NCBI GenBank assembly: GCA_029263215.1
Contig: JAJCXY010000108.1
Location: 2,135 to 66,134, forward strand
DNA: 64,000 bases
Direction of reading: 5' to 3'
DNA from: Acidimicrobiales bacterium
Lineage (GTDB): Bacteria > Actinomycetota > Acidimicrobiia > Acidimicrobiales > Aldehydirespiratoraceae
The notes beneath the pieces are model-generated. The model did not search any database, was not told where the DNA came from, and worked only from the letters and a program-made list of their open reading frames with translations. The translations under genes were made by a program, and so were the position numbers. This document shows positions 37,075 to 46,993 of the stretch, in pieces. Each line of letters opens with the position of its first letter. The first letter of the stretch is position 1.

Positions 37075-37976
37075 CCGACCATCTTGATCAGTTCGGCGGA
37101 AACGCCACCGTGGTCTGCGACAATCTCGTCAAGATCTACAAGATCGGCGAGCTCGAGGTGGTGGCGCTCCAAGGGCTCGATCTGGTGGTGGAAGAGGGTG
37201 AATTCATCGCGATCGTGGGTACGTCAGGGTCGGGTAAGTCGACCTTGCTCAACATCCTCGGCGGGCTCGATGTGCCCACGGCGGGGGTGGTGCGGGTCGC
37301 CGACTACGAGCTACTCAACATGTCGAATGCACTCCGCACCGACTACCGACGCAAGACGATCGGCTTCGTTTGGCAACAGACGGGGCGCAATCTCTTTCCC
37401 TATCTCACGGCACTCGAAAACGTCGAGGCTCCAATGGTTCTGAACGGCAGCTCGAAGGCAGCGCGACGCAGTCTGGGGATGGAGCTGCTCGAGTTGGTGG
37501 GCCTACAGGACAGGAGCGACCACCGCCCCGAACAGTTGTCCGGCGGCGAGCAACAGAGGGTGGCCATCGCCACCGCGATGGCCAACTCACCACGAGTTCT
37601 CTTCGCCGACGAGCCAACCGGCGAACTCGATACCAAGACCTCCAACGAGGTGCTCGAGGTCTTGAGGACGGTCAACCGTGAGGCCGGAGTGACGATCGTT
37701 GTCGTGACCCACGATCCGCTGGTGGCCGACCACGTCAACCGGGTGGTGGCGATAAGGGACGGGCGAACCAGCAGCGAGGTCCTGCGCCGAACCGAGGTTT
37801 CCGACGATGGTGAGCACACGGTGATCTCCGAAGAGTTCGCGGTGCTCGACAGGGTGGGCCGACTGCAGCTACCCAACGAGTATGTCGACGCACTCGAACT
37901 CGAGCGGCGGGTCCGCCTCACCCTCGACCCCGACCACATCAGGGTGTATCCCGACGACGAAAGCGCCGGGTCGTGA
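37071..37976 (+). CDS. ABC transporter ATP-binding protein (MacB/LolD-type) with ~75-aa C-terminal extension
   Basis: Walker A GTSGSGKST, signature LSGGEQQRV and Walker B VLFADEPT are present. The extension reads ...EEFAVLDRVGRLQLPNEYVDALEL.... The start overlaps the upstream stop by 4 nt. Confidence 0.9.
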   Translation: MTDHLDQFGGNATVVCDNLVKIYKIGELEVVALQGLDLVVEEGEFIAIVGTSGSGKSTLLNILGGLDVPTAGVVRVADYELLNMSNALRTDYRRKTIGFVWQQTGRNLFPYLTALENVEAPMVLNGSSKAARRSLGMELLELVGLQDRSDHRPEQLSGGEQQRVAIATAMANSPRVLFADEPTGELDTKTSNEVLEVLRTVNREAGVTIVVVTHDPLVADHVNRVVAIRDGRTSSEVLRRTEVSDDGEHTVISEEFAVLDRVGRLQLPNEYVDALELERRVRLTLDPDHIRVYPDDESAGS

Positions 37977-38653
37977 CCAGCATCCTCGAGACCAAGGATC
38001 TGTGCCGAGACTTCGTGCTGCCGTCACACACGGTGAACGCGGTGAGCAAGGTCGACCTGAAGGTCGAACCCGGGACTCTCGTGGCCATACGGGGACGATC
38101 GGGTAGTGGTAAAACCACCCTCTTGAATCTCATCGGCGGCCTAGATCAGCCGACGGCGGGAAAGGTCTGGGTCGACGGCGTGGATCTCACCGAGGCAACC
38201 GAGGCCGACCTGGTTGAGATGCGGCGCCACAAGGTCGGGTTCATCTTTCAGGCATTCGGACTCCTTCCGATTCTCTCCGCGGTCGAGAATATCCAGGTGC
38301 CCATGCGGCTGACGAACACCGATGTTCGTGAACGAGAAGAACGAGCGAGGGCGCTGCTCGAGCGGGTGGGTCTCGGAGATCGTGCGGCTCACCGGCCTCA
38401 CGAACTCTCCGGCGGTGAGCAACAGAGGGTGGCGATCGCCCGGGCTCTGGCCAACGAACCCAAGTTGCTGATTGCAGACGAGCCCACCGGACAGCTCGAC
38501 TCGAGAACCGGTCGTTCGATCGTGGAACTCGTGTCGGCCCTCGTGGCGAGCGAGAACGTCGCCGCGGTCTTTGCCACTCACGACCCCGCCCCGATTGCAG
38601 TAGCGGACCAGGTACTCGAGATGAGCGACGGTCACCTTACGTTCGTGACCTGA
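37973..38653 (+). CDS. ABC transporter ATP-binding protein (MacB/LolD-type)
   Basis: Walker [10 protein letters not shown], signature LSGGEQQRV and Walker B LLIADEPT are present. There is a 4-nt start/stop overlap with the preceding ATPase gene. Confidence 0.9.
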   Translation: MTSILETKDLCRDFVLPSHTVNAVSKVDLKVEPGTLVAIRGRSGSGKTTLLNLIGGLDQPTAGKVWVDGVDLTEATEADLVEMRRHKVGFIFQAFGLLPILSAVENIQVPMRLTNTDVREREERARALLERVGLGDRAAHRPHELSGGEQQRVAIARALANEPKLLIADEPTGQLDSRTGRSIVELVSALVASENVAAVFATHDPAPIAVADQVLEMSDGHLTFVT

Positions 38654-38656
38654 CCC

Positions 38657-39451
38657 TCACTTGAGCAGCAGGGTCTTGATGCGGCTGGCCGTCACCGCCA
38701 TGCCGACAACCGACAGGCCAACCAGCACACCGGCGTGGACGACCAGCGACGGCGACCACTCACCCAGGTTCGACGCCCGCACCAGAACCACCCCGTGATA
38801 CAGGGGACTCAGCTGCACGACCCAGCTCCATGAGCCGTACGACGACAAGGGGTAGAACGTCGCCGAAAACAAGAAGAGGGGCAAGGTGACGGCTGGGACG
38901 TATTCGAAGTCGGCCCACGATCGCATGTAGGTGGTCCAGGCCATGCCGATCGACGCGAACGCAAATCCGATCAAGGCACACGCCACTACCGACATGACGA
39001 TCCAAGCCGATTTCACCATGCCGAGTGCGAGCATCGTGAAGATGAAGGCAGTGGAGTACATCAGACCGCGGATCACCGCGAATCCGATTTCACCGATGGC
39101 GATATCGCCGGCCGACATCGGCGTGGCCAGAATCGAGTCGTAGAGCTTCGCCTGCCGCCACTTGTGGAACACGTTCATCGTGGATTCGAGAACGGCTCCG
39201 TTCATGGCTGCCGCCGCCATCAGACCGGGCGCGACGAACTCGTCGTAGGGGATCAGCTTGCCGCCCACCTCGATGTCACCCACGAGGGCGCTGAGTCCGA
39301 TACGAATCGACAGCAGGTAGAACAGGGGCTCAAAAAAGCCGCTGAAGATCACCATCCAACTGCGCCGGTACACCATCGCGTTGCGTTCGAGAAGCCTTTG
39401 GGGGCTTCTCACATCGAGTAGGGCCGAGGGCAGGATGCGCGTCGTGATCAT
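38657..39451 (-). CDS. ABC-2 type transporter permease
   Basis: Start at MITTRILPSALL (39451) overlaps the upstream stop (ATGA). RNAMVYRRSWMVIFSGFFEPLFYLL and six TM spans are typical of ABC-2. Confidence 0.8.
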   Translation of the reverse strand: MITTRILPSALLDVRSPQRLLERNAMVYRRSWMVIFSGFFEPLFYLLSIRIGLSALVGDIEVGGKLIPYDEFVAPGLMAAAAMNGAVLESTMNVFHKWRQAKLYDSILATPMSAGDIAIGEIGFAVIRGLMYSTAFIFTMLALGMVKSAWIVMSVVACALIGFAFASIGMAWTTYMRSWADFEYVPAVTLPLFLFSATFYPLSSYGSWSWVVQLSPLYHGVVLVRASNLGEWSPSLVVHAGVLVGLSVVGMAVTASRIKTLLLK

Positions 39452-40230
39452 GGCTGAAGCCTCCGACGGAAGGTGATGGTACAGATGGCCCATCCGACGA
39501 TCACGAAGCCAGACAGGGCGGCGATGTGGCCAACCAGTTCGACACTGGTGAGGCCTCCGAGAACGAGTCCTCGGCAGAGTTCGACGCCATGCCACAGGGG
39601 GGTGAGCCAAGCCACCGGCTCCAGCCAGTCGGGAAGCTGCTTGATCGGGTAGAACGCCCCACTGAAGAGAAACATCGGAAGCACGCCGAAGCGCAGGATG
39701 GCCGGGAACGAGTCGCCGGTGGTGCGAGTCGAGGTCCACGCCGCGATCGGGACCGCGAAAGCGAGTCCGGTTAGAACCGCGCCAGGAACTGCGGGTATCA
39801 ACCCCCACGACCGGGTGTCGCCGAAGAGGGCGAGCACCACGGCAACGCCTATCGCCCCGACAGTGGCACGAACGGCGTAGTAGATGGTGAGCCCGGTGGC
39901 GACGTCGCGAGGTTCGATCGGGGTAGACACCATGGCCCGGTAGGCGTTCGACCACTGGAAGCCGTCCATGGTGGGCCACAGCGCCTCCTGGCTGGAGGTG
40001 AACATGGCGGTGGTGGCCAACAGCGCAGAGGAGTAGAACCCGAAGTACGAGACCCCACCGAGGAGTTCGGCCGAGTCGGGTCCGTTGTCGACCAGTTCGC
40101 CTACACCGAGGCCGATACCGAGCAGGTAGAGCATCGGCTGGATGAACGCCGCCACGAAGTTGGCCTTCCAGAATCCTCGGTAGAGGGCCAGGTCGCGGTA
40201 GGCGACACGGAGTGGGGCGGGAGTGCTCAT
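39448..40230 (-). CDS. ABC-2 type transporter permease
   Basis: 260-aa ORF. YRDLALYRGFWKANFVAAFIQPMLYLLGIGLG with six TM spans; paralogous to the downstream permease. Confidence 0.8.
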   Translation of the reverse strand: MSTPAPLRVAYRDLALYRGFWKANFVAAFIQPMLYLLGIGLGVGELVDNGPDSAELLGGVSYFGFYSSALLATTAMFTSSQEALWPTMDGFQWSNAYRAMVSTPIEPRDVATGLTIYYAVRATVGAIGVAVVLALFGDTRSWGLIPAVPGAVLTGLAFAVPIAAWTSTRTTGDSFPAILRFGVLPMFLFSGAFYPIKQLPDWLEPVAWLTPLWHGVELCRGLVLGGLTSVELVGHIAALSGFVIVGWAICTITFRRRLQP

Positions 40231-40245
40231 CGACGGTCTGACACC

Positions 40246-41172
40246 TCAGTCGACCAGGGTGCGGCCGGTGAGGCGCAAGAAGACGTCTTCGAGGCTGCTG
40301 CGACGCACGAGGGCACTCTCGGGGATGACGGAGCGGGCGTGGAGTTCGGCCAGCGCAGATTCGCCGTCGGCGACATACACGAGTAGACGGTCGGGCAGCA
40401 CTTCGACCCGTTCTCCCACTCCGAGTACATCATCAACGCGCTCCTCGTTGCGGCCCCGGCCGAAACGCATCTCCAGAACCTCTCGGGTGGCGTACTCGGT
40501 GATCAGAGCACGGGGTGAGCCCTCCGCCACGATCCGGCCACCGTCCATCACCACCAGGCGGTCGCAGAGTTGTTCTGCTTCGTCCATGTAGTGGGTGGTG
40601 AGGACTAGGGTCGCTCCCCGCTCTTTCAGCTGGTGGAGGCGATCCCAGAGGAGATGGCGGGCCTGAGGGTCGAGCCCGGTGGTGGGTTCATCGAGCAGCA
40701 ACAGTTCGGGCTCGCTGATCAGTGATCGAGCGATGCTGACCCTCCTCTTCTGACCGCCGGAGAGAGGATCGACCTTGTCGTCGGCTCGGTCGGCGAGTTG
40801 GACGAAGTCGAGCAGTTCGACGGCACGGCTCTGAGCCACGGCACGAGGGATGTCGAAGTAGCGGGCATAGATGACCAGGTTTTCCATCACCGTCAGCTCC
40901 TGGTCGAGCTGATCGAGCTGGGGAACCACTCCGATTCGCGAGCGGATGGCCCGTCCTTCGTGAGCCGGGTCGAGCCCAAAGATCTCGAGTCGGCCGCTGC
41001 TCACCGGCGACACGCAACCGATCATCCGCATCGTCGAGGTCTTGCCGGCCCCGTTGGGACCAAGGAAACCGAACGCCTCGCCCGGCTGGACGTCGACGTC
41101 GATGCCATCGACCGCGACGAGGTCGCCGAATCGTTTCACGAGGGACCGGGCGGTTATGAGCGGGGGAGGCAC
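40246..41172 (-). CDS. ABC transporter ATP-binding protein (DrrA/NodI-like exporter ATPase)
   Basis: FGFLGPNGAGKTST, LSGGQKRRVSIARSL and LLLLDEPTTGLD are present. Confidence 0.9.
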   Translation of the reverse strand: MPPPLITARSLVKRFGDLVAVDGIDVDVQPGEAFGFLGPNGAGKTSTMRMIGCVSPVSSGRLEIFGLDPAHEGRAIRSRIGVVPQLDQLDQELTVMENLVIYARYFDIPRAVAQSRAVELLDFVQLADRADDKVDPLSGGQKRRVSIARSLISEPELLLLDEPTTGLDPQARHLLWDRLHQLKERGATLVLTTHYMDEAEQLCDRLVVMDGGRIVAEGSPRALITEYATREVLEMRFGRGRNEERVDDVLGVGERVEVLPDRLLVYVADGESALAELHARSVIPESALVRRSSLEDVFLRLTGRTLVD

Positions 41173-41259
41173 TCCGGGAACGTACCTGACATTTTGGCCA
41201 ATCGGTCGGGTCTTCGGCCAATGGGGTTCGGACTATGGTTTCGAGACTCAGGGGGTCGT

Positions 41260-42201
41260 ATGCGAGCAGTGAGGGTCGAACACGGTGCGGTGCGGGTGGT
41301 GGATATTCCGGCACCGAGTGGACCCGGGGTTCGTGTCCGGGTGGCATCGGCAGGGATATGTGGGTCCGATCTTCATCTTGTGGGCTCTCCCGACCTTCCC
41401 CCGATCGAGGTGACTCTCGGCCATGAGGTGGCAGGCTTCACCGACGATGGAACGCCGGTGGCCATCGAACCCTTGTCTCCCTGCGGGCATTGTGCGATGT
41501 GCGCCGTCGGGGAATACAACCTCTGCGTCAAGAGTTCGGCGATGATCCACGGCATCGGGATCGACGGTGGGATGGCCGACGAGATCTGGGTGGCGGAGAG
41601 AGCTCTCGTGCCCCTCCCCTCGGGCCTTGATCCCGGGGACGCCTCACTGGTGGAGCCCCTGGCCGTGCTGATCCATTCATTTCGTAGGTCTGGAGTCGAC
41701 CCTTCCGAACGGGTCGCCGTCGTAGGTGGGGGCACGATCGGCCTCTGCGCGGTGGCCGTGGCCCGAGCCCGAGGATGTGAGGTGGCTCTGGTGGCCAGGC
41801 ACGACTCTCAGCGAGAGGCGGGCGAACGGCTCGGAGCCTCCGAGGCGCACGGCGAATACGACCTGGTGATCGAGGCGGCGGGAACCGAAAGTGCCCTCGC
41901 AGCCGCGGTCGATCTGGCCAAGCCGTCGGCAAACGTATCCATCCCCGGGATCTACTGGGGGTCGGTCAAAATGCCGGGCCTGGCGCTGTGCTTCAAGCAA
42001 GTCTCGCTCTGTCCTGCAACCCTCTACGGCCGACACGCGGGCGGCCGCGACATCGACGCCGCGGCCGCCTTGCTGGCCACCAACCCAGCCCTGGCCCAGA
42101 CGCTCATCACTCATCGGTACCCCCTCGATGCCGCAGTGGAAGCATTCGCCACCGCCTCGAGTCGGGCTGACGGCGCAATCAAGGTTGTGCTGGAGCCCTA
42201 G
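41260..42201 (+). CDS. zinc-binding alcohol dehydrogenase family (MDR) protein
   Basis: Start at MRAVRVE (41260) follows GGGGG. ASAGICGSDLH, GHEVAG, CGHCAMCAVGEYNLC and VVGGGTIG are present. Confidence 0.85.
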   Translation: MRAVRVEHGAVRVVDIPAPSGPGVRVRVASAGICGSDLHLVGSPDLPPIEVTLGHEVAGFTDDGTPVAIEPLSPCGHCAMCAVGEYNLCVKSSAMIHGIGIDGGMADEIWVAERALVPLPSGLDPGDASLVEPLAVLIHSFRRSGVDPSERVAVVGGGTIGLCAVAVARARGCEVALVARHDSQREAGERLGASEAHGEYDLVIEAAGTESALAAAVDLAKPSANVSIPGIYWGSVKMPGLALCFKQVSLCPATLYGRHAGGRDIDAAAALLATNPALAQTLITHRYPLDAAVEAFATASSRADGAIKVVLEP

Positions 42202-42322
42202 CGGTTGTCGCCACGCCGCGACTCACCTGGTGGGTCATGCCTCCCAGGGCGATGGCTCGCCGGATTCGGTCATCGGAGGCCAGTGCGCTTCGCTCGGACG
42301 CCTCGATCGATGATAATGGGAC

Positions 42323-42823
42323 ATGGAGATTCGGCCCTACGTCGCCGCCGACCTCGCTGACTGCCGTGGTTTGCACGAGGAACTGGTCGGCCATCATCGC
42401 GAAATCTACGACGCCCCTCATATCGGTGGCGACGAACCGGCACTTGGATTCGACGATTACTTGGCACTGCCGGAACGGGTGGCCACGTGGGTCGCGATCG
42501 ATGACGACTGCGGAATCGTCGGCATGACTGGTCTGCTGTGGTCTGACGGCGAGGCCACCATCGAGCCGGTGGTCGTAGCAGATGGATCTCGTGGGGTGGG
42601 GACTGGCCGGAGGCTGATCGAGACAGCGATCACCGAGGCCCGGAGCCGCGGTGCCAAGGACGTCAACGTCAGCCCTGTCGCCCGCAACGAGTCGGCGATC
42701 CGTGCGTTTCATCACCTGGGATTTCGCACCCTTGGCCATGTCCAGATGTTCATGAGACTGGAGGTCGATGAGTCGACATGGCGCGCTGAAATAGAAGTGC
42801 ATGGTCGGCACTTCAACTACTGA
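42323..42823 (+). CDS. GNAT family N-acetyltransferase
   Basis: VVADGSRGVGTGRRLIETAITEARSRG fits the R/Q-x-x-G-x-G/A acetyl-CoA motif; FHHLGFR follows. Confidence 0.8.
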   Translation: MEIRPYVAADLADCRGLHEELVGHHREIYDAPHIGGDEPALGFDDYLALPERVATWVAIDDDCGIVGMTGLLWSDGEATIEPVVVADGSRGVGTGRRLIETAITEARSRGAKDVNVSPVARNESAIRAFHHLGFRTLGHVQMFMRLEVDESTWRAEIEVHGRHFNY

Positions 42824-42853
42824 CTCTCAGAGGCGTGGCGGACCCGAGATCGG

Positions 42854-43165
42854 CTACCCGAGAGCAGCCCATCGGTTGTCGATGTCTTGGCCGAACGACT
42901 CGTATTCGCGGAGGGGCACGATCTCGTCGAATACGAGATAGTTGGCCATCGGCAGCCCGGCCATCGCTATCCGGTCGAGGGTGTCGTGATCGGGCGCCTC
43001 CAGAATGGCGATCACTCGTCGCTGAGCGACCACCTTGTAGAGCGCCTTCACGAGCCCTGCTTCTGTTGCGCCTCGAGCGGCTTGCACTTCCTTCTCCCAG
43101 AGGTCCCACAACTCGTCGAGTTCGAGATCTTTGGCCTCAACCCGGATGTCTGCCATGAACAGCAT
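42854..43165 (-). CDS. muconolactone delta-isomerase-like family protein
   Basis: 103-aa ORF. LYKVVAQRRVIAILEAPDHDTLDRIAMAGLPMANYLVFDEIVPLREY parallels the MIase ferredoxin-like fold pattern. Confidence 0.6.
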   Translation of the reverse strand: MLFMADIRVEAKDLELDELWDLWEKEVQAARGATEAGLVKALYKVVAQRRVIAILEAPDHDTLDRIAMAGLPMANYLVFDEIVPLREYESFGQDIDNRWAALG

Positions 43166-43250
43166 TCTGAATTCCCCTCAAACGCTTGTTGGTGGACGGT
43201 AGTCTCGTTCTCACCCCGTGTGTCGGTGTCGCATCCTGATCGGAGGTCGG

Positions 43251-43562
43251 ATGGAGGCGTTCTTGGTCTCGATGGCGATTTTTGGTGGGATAGCTCTGGT
43301 GGCGAGTGCGCCCGCTCTGATGTTGGCCCAACGACGGAAGCTGTCCGCCACCCGACGTAGGTTCCTGATCGCCATAGCGGCCTTCGGGCTGCTGGCGGGT
43401 GTGATGGGCTTCACCTCGGAGAAGTTGGGGGACGACTGCCGAGATTCGGGCGCCTCCGCCCGCACGTGCCACGACATCGGCGCGGACGGGTTCCTGGTTC
43501 TGGTCGTGATCGCCTTCGTGGTGGCCGCCTTGTGGAAGGCCGTCTCGATCTATCGGTACTGA
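43251..43562 (+). CDS. small membrane protein (hypothetical)
   Basis: MEAFLVSMAIFGGIALVASAPALML..., with three hydrophobic spans. The ORF track starts at 43218. Confidence 0.5.
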   Translation: MEAFLVSMAIFGGIALVASAPALMLAQRRKLSATRRRFLIAIAAFGLLAGVMGFTSEKLGDDCRDSGASARTCHDIGADGFLVLVVIAFVVAALWKAVSIYRY

Positions 43563-43565
43563 GGG

Positions 43566-44510
43566 TCAGACCGGCTGGACGGACCGTCTCGAAGCTCCCG
43601 GCGAGGAGCCGATCACGCGCTTGAATGCCCGGCTGAAGGCTGCCTCTGAGTCGTAGCCAACCGCGGCCGCCACCGAACCCACAGTGGTTTGCCCGTCGCG
43701 TAGGAGCTCGATCGCTCGGTACATCCGCCATCGGGTCACGTAACGCATGGCCGACTCGCCTACGAGGTCGGTGAAGCGCGCCGCGAATGCTGATCGAGAC
43801 ATGGCGACTTCGTCGGCGAGCGTCGCCACCGTCCAGTCTCGGGCGGGGTCGGCGTGGATGCGGGCGATGGCTGACCCCACCTGGTCGTCGTGCAGAGCGC
43901 CCAGCCAGCCGGTGCGTGCCGCGGGGTCTTGGTCGATCCAGGAGCGGATGGCCTGGATCACGACGATGTCGCACAGGCGGCTCACCACAGCTTCACCGCC
44001 GGGGTGGCCGTGGCGAGTCTCTTCGGCCAGCAGAGCCAGGGTGGATTGGAGCCAGTCGGCTCGGGTCGAGCGCGTCGCCTCCACGTGGATCACGGCGGGC
44101 AACGAGTCGATCAGGTGGCGAGCTCCGGGGTGTTCGAAGCTGACCCCGCCGCAGATCACCGTGGTTAGTCCTCCGTCGCCGCCGTGGCGAAGCGTGGCGT
44201 ACTGCTCGTTGACGTAGTCGTGGGGCAGGTCGAACACAGACGGCGTGTCGGTCTTCTCCGCCCCCCATGCCCTGTGACCCGAACCGTGAGGGATCAGCAC
44301 CAGGTCGCCGGCCCTGATCTCGTGGATCTCGCCGGACACCTCCACCGTGCACGTGCCGGAAACGAGAGCGTGGAACCAGACGCAATTGGCCATGGGCGGC
44401 AGTTCGAGCCCCCACGGCTCGCTCAGTTCGGAAGGACAGTAGAAGATCCCCGACATCTGCATGTAGCGCAGGGCTTCACCGATCGGCGGCACGGCTTGGG
44501 GAACGAGCAT
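43566..44510 (-). CDS. AraC family transcriptional regulator with N-terminal cupin domain
   Basis: The C-terminus WTVATLADEVAMSRSAFAARFTDLVGESAMRYVTRWRMYRAIELL...VGYDSEAAFSRAFKRVIG is a double HTH. The probable start MLVPQAV (44510) has GGAG upstream. Confidence 0.85.
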   Translation of the reverse strand: MLVPQAVPPIGEALRYMQMSGIFYCPSELSEPWGLELPPMANCVWFHALVSGTCTVEVSGEIHEIRAGDLVLIPHGSGHRAWGAEKTDTPSVFDLPHDYVNEQYATLRHGGDGGLTTVICGGVSFEHPGARHLIDSLPAVIHVEATRSTRADWLQSTLALLAEETRHGHPGGEAVVSRLCDIVVIQAIRSWIDQDPAARTGWLGALHDDQVGSAIARIHADPARDWTVATLADEVAMSRSAFAARFTDLVGESAMRYVTRWRMYRAIELLRDGQTTVGSVAAAVGYDSEAAFSRAFKRVIGSSPGASRRSVQPV

Positions 44511-44613
44511 GACGGTAGTTTGGCTCCGGAAACGCCGTTCGTCCATCGAATAGGACGAATGAGCAAGAACCAGAGATGAATAGTCATCGACAATCCGAGA
44601 TCGATATCGGAGG

Positions 44614-45138
44614 GTGGACGTCATGCAAACAACCATGACAAATCCCGCCCCCGTCGTCGATCAGGACCCACAGCAGGTCGAACGAGTGGAACGGGCGATT
44701 CGCAGCAAGTCCTTCGCCGTCGTGTCCAGCGTGTCGGAAGCCGGCTTCCCGCACGCGGCCGGGATCGTGTACGACTCCGTCGGGGTCTCGCTCTATGTGC
44801 ACACGATGCGCTCGAGCCGCAAGGTGCGCAACATCACCACCAATCCCCGTCTCGGGGTGGTGATTCCGGTGCGGAGGCTGCCGGTGGGGCCTCCGTTCAC
44901 CGTCCAGTTCCAGGCGACCGCCCAGGTATTGGCGATGGACGATCCCGAAATCACCCGCTTGATCGCAGAGGGTGAACTCAAGAACATCAGCGGCCATGGC
45001 GCGCTCGAAGAGCCCGACGGATGCTTCCTGCGCATCGAACCGACGGGGCGAATCCACACCTACGGAATCGGCGTGTCGACGATCGGCTTGATCCGCGACC
45101 CCCTCCACGCGGGAGCACGCTCGGTTGCTCTGAGCTGA
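44614..45138 (+). CDS. pyridoxamine 5'-phosphate oxidase family protein
   Basis: FAVVSSVSEAGFPHAAGIVYD...LYVHTMRSSRKVRNITTNPRLGVVIPV is a PPOX split-barrel pattern. It is divergent from the AraC gene. Confidence 0.75.
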   Translation: MDVMQTTMTNPAPVVDQDPQQVERVERAIRSKSFAVVSSVSEAGFPHAAGIVYDSVGVSLYVHTMRSSRKVRNITTNPRLGVVIPVRRLPVGPPFTVQFQATAQVLAMDDPEITRLIAEGELKNISGHGALEEPDGCFLRIEPTGRIHTYGIGVSTIGLIRDPLHAGARSVALS

Positions 45139-45142
45139 ACGA

Positions 45143-45997
45143 TCAGATGGCGACGCTGCCGTCGATACAGGTGACAGCGTCGCCGCCAACCCAGATCTCG
45201 CCGTCGGTCTCGTGGACGTGGATGCGCCCGGCGCGGCCGATGGCGGTGCCCTGCGACGCGATGTAGGGAGAGGTGAGGTCGCCGGTGGACAGCAGCCACT
45301 GGGCGATCGAAGCGTTGAGGCTCCCGGTCACTGGGTCTTCGGCAGCCTGGCCCGCGGACCTGAAGAAGGCCCGCACCTCGATGGCGGCTTCGCCGGCGAC
45401 GTGCTCACCGACCACCCCGAGCGGGTTGGGCCCCACCACCCCGATGTCGTAGCTCTCCACCGCGGCGAAGTCGGGAACGATCGCCGATACCTCGGCCGCG
45501 CTGGCGAGCTTCACCGCGATCCATCCGGGACCATTGTCGGCCCACTGGGCGTCGACGATGCGGTCGCGGGGGATCTGGAGAACGCGGCAGACCTGTTCGA
45601 TGTCGGCCTCATCCACTGGACCACCACGGATCAGGGGTGGTGCGGCGAACGAAAGGCGCCCCTCGTGCCTGCTGAGCGAGACGAGCCCGACGCCGCATTC
45701 CTGCACGATCGTGCCCTCGCGTCGGGGGGAGCCGCCGGCTTCCAGCCAGGCATGACACGATCCGATGGTGGGGTGGCCCGCAAAGGGGAGCTCTCCCCCC
45801 GGGGTGAAAATCCGCACGCGATAGTCGGCACGTTCATCGGTGGGGGAGAGCAGGAATGTGGTCTCACTGAGGTTGGTCCAGTGAGCGAATCGCTGCATGG
45901 CGTCGTCGTCGACTCCATCGCCGTCGAGCACCACCGCGAGCGGATTGCCGCGATAGGGAACGTCGGTGAACACATCGACCTGCTTGAACTTACGCAT
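45143..45997 (-). CDS. PhzF family isomerase
   Basis: MRKFKQVDVFTDVPYRGNPLAVVLDG...WTNLSETTFLL...FAGHPTIGS. Confidence 0.85.
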   Translation of the reverse strand: MRKFKQVDVFTDVPYRGNPLAVVLDGDGVDDDAMQRFAHWTNLSETTFLLSPTDERADYRVRIFTPGGELPFAGHPTIGSCHAWLEAGGSPRREGTIVQECGVGLVSLSRHEGRLSFAAPPLIRGGPVDEADIEQVCRVLQIPRDRIVDAQWADNGPGWIAVKLASAAEVSAIVPDFAAVESYDIGVVGPNPLGVVGEHVAGEAAIEVRAFFRSAGQAAEDPVTGSLNASIAQWLLSTGDLTSPYIASQGTAIGRAGRIHVHETDGEIWVGGDAVTCIDGSVAI

Positions 45998-46057
45998 TCG
46001 CCGACCCTACTGCTGGGGCGGGAGTTCACTAGTTTGGGCCCCTACGAAAGGCCCTAC

Positions 46058-46993
46058 ATGCACGCCACCACGTTCACATTCTCGGCCTCTTCCGGCCAGC
46101 AGGTTTTCTGTCGGCGCTGGTACGGCGAGGGCTCACCCCGAGCGGTCGTGCAGATCGCCCATGGAGCGTCAGAGCACTCGGATCGCTACTCGCGACTCGC
46201 CGAGGTGCTCGTCGACGCCGGCTACGAGGTCTACGCCAACGACCATCGTGGTCATGGGCACACGGCGGCGGAGTTCGGTCGGTTCGGAGTGGCGCGGCCC
46301 GGGGGATGGGATGGGTTGGTGTCGGACCAGCACGGTCTCAGCGAGGTGATCCGCGCCGAGCACCCGGGCACACCGATCGTCCTCTTCGGTCACAGCATGG
46401 GGTCGATGATCGCTCAGGGCTACATCCAGCAATGGGCTGATGATCTGGCCGGCGTGGTGTTGTCGGGCACCACGGGAGCACCGGTGGTCGACGATGCCAC
46501 GCTCCAGATGATCGTCGATTTCGGTGCCGGCGATGCGGCCGATGAGCCGTCTGAGCTGTTCGCCGCGATGTTCGCAGGCTTCAACGCCCCGTTCGACAGG
46601 CCTGGGGTCACCGGGTTCGAGTGGCTGAGTCGTGATGAGTTGGAGGTCCGCAAATACGTCGACGACCCCGACTGTGGTGAACCGCTCTCCAACGGGTTCG
46701 TGGCCGACATGCTCAGTGGCTCGGCCGCCATGTGGCAGGCCGAGAATGAGGCCCGGATCTCGAGTGATCTGGCCGTCTATCTCTTCTCAGGCGAGAACGA
46801 TCCCGTGGGAGGCGACAAGGCGGAGTCGGTAGTTGCACTCGCCGCCCGCTATGAAGAGATGGGGATCGGACCGGTGACCCTGCGGATCTACGACGACGGC
46901 CGCCACGAGATGCTCAACGAGAGCAACCGAGCCGATGTCCACCAGGATCTTCTCAACTGGCTCGCCACCGTGGGTTCTCCTCCAGAGCGCTGA
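46058..46993 (+). CDS. alpha/beta hydrolase (lysophospholipase / monoacylglycerol lipase-like)
   Basis: Start at MHATTFTF (46058). VVQIAHGASEHSDRYSRLAEVLVDAGYEVYANDHRGHG and the elbow FGHSMGS are present. The upstream part of ORF 45212.. is the antisense shadow of phzF. Confidence 0.85.
   Translation: MHATTFTFSASSGQQVFCRRWYGEGSPRAVVQIAHGASEHSDRYSRLAEVLVDAGYEVYANDHRGHGHTAAEFGRFGVARPGGWDGLVSDQHGLSEVIRAEHPGTPIVLFGHSMGSMIAQGYIQQWADDLAGVVLSGTTGAPVVDDATLQMIVDFGAGDAADEPSELFAAMFAGFNAPFDRPGVTGFEWLSRDELEVRKYVDDPDCGEPLSNGFVADMLSGSAAMWQAENEARISSDLAVYLFSGENDPVGGDKAESVVALAARYEEMGIGPVTLRIYDDGRHEMLNESNRADVHQDLLNWLATVGSPPER

Noticed and set aside
38657-39979. 440-aa reading of the ABC-2 permease ORF, and similar long N-terminal extensions of ORFs 40798..42201, 45212..46993, 57344..59491, 59681..62440, 17392..18960 and 26835..27884
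   Set aside because: The extensions overlap neighbouring real genes and are compositionally non-coding. Internal starts with RBS-like purine tracts or stop/start overlaps give family-typical lengths.
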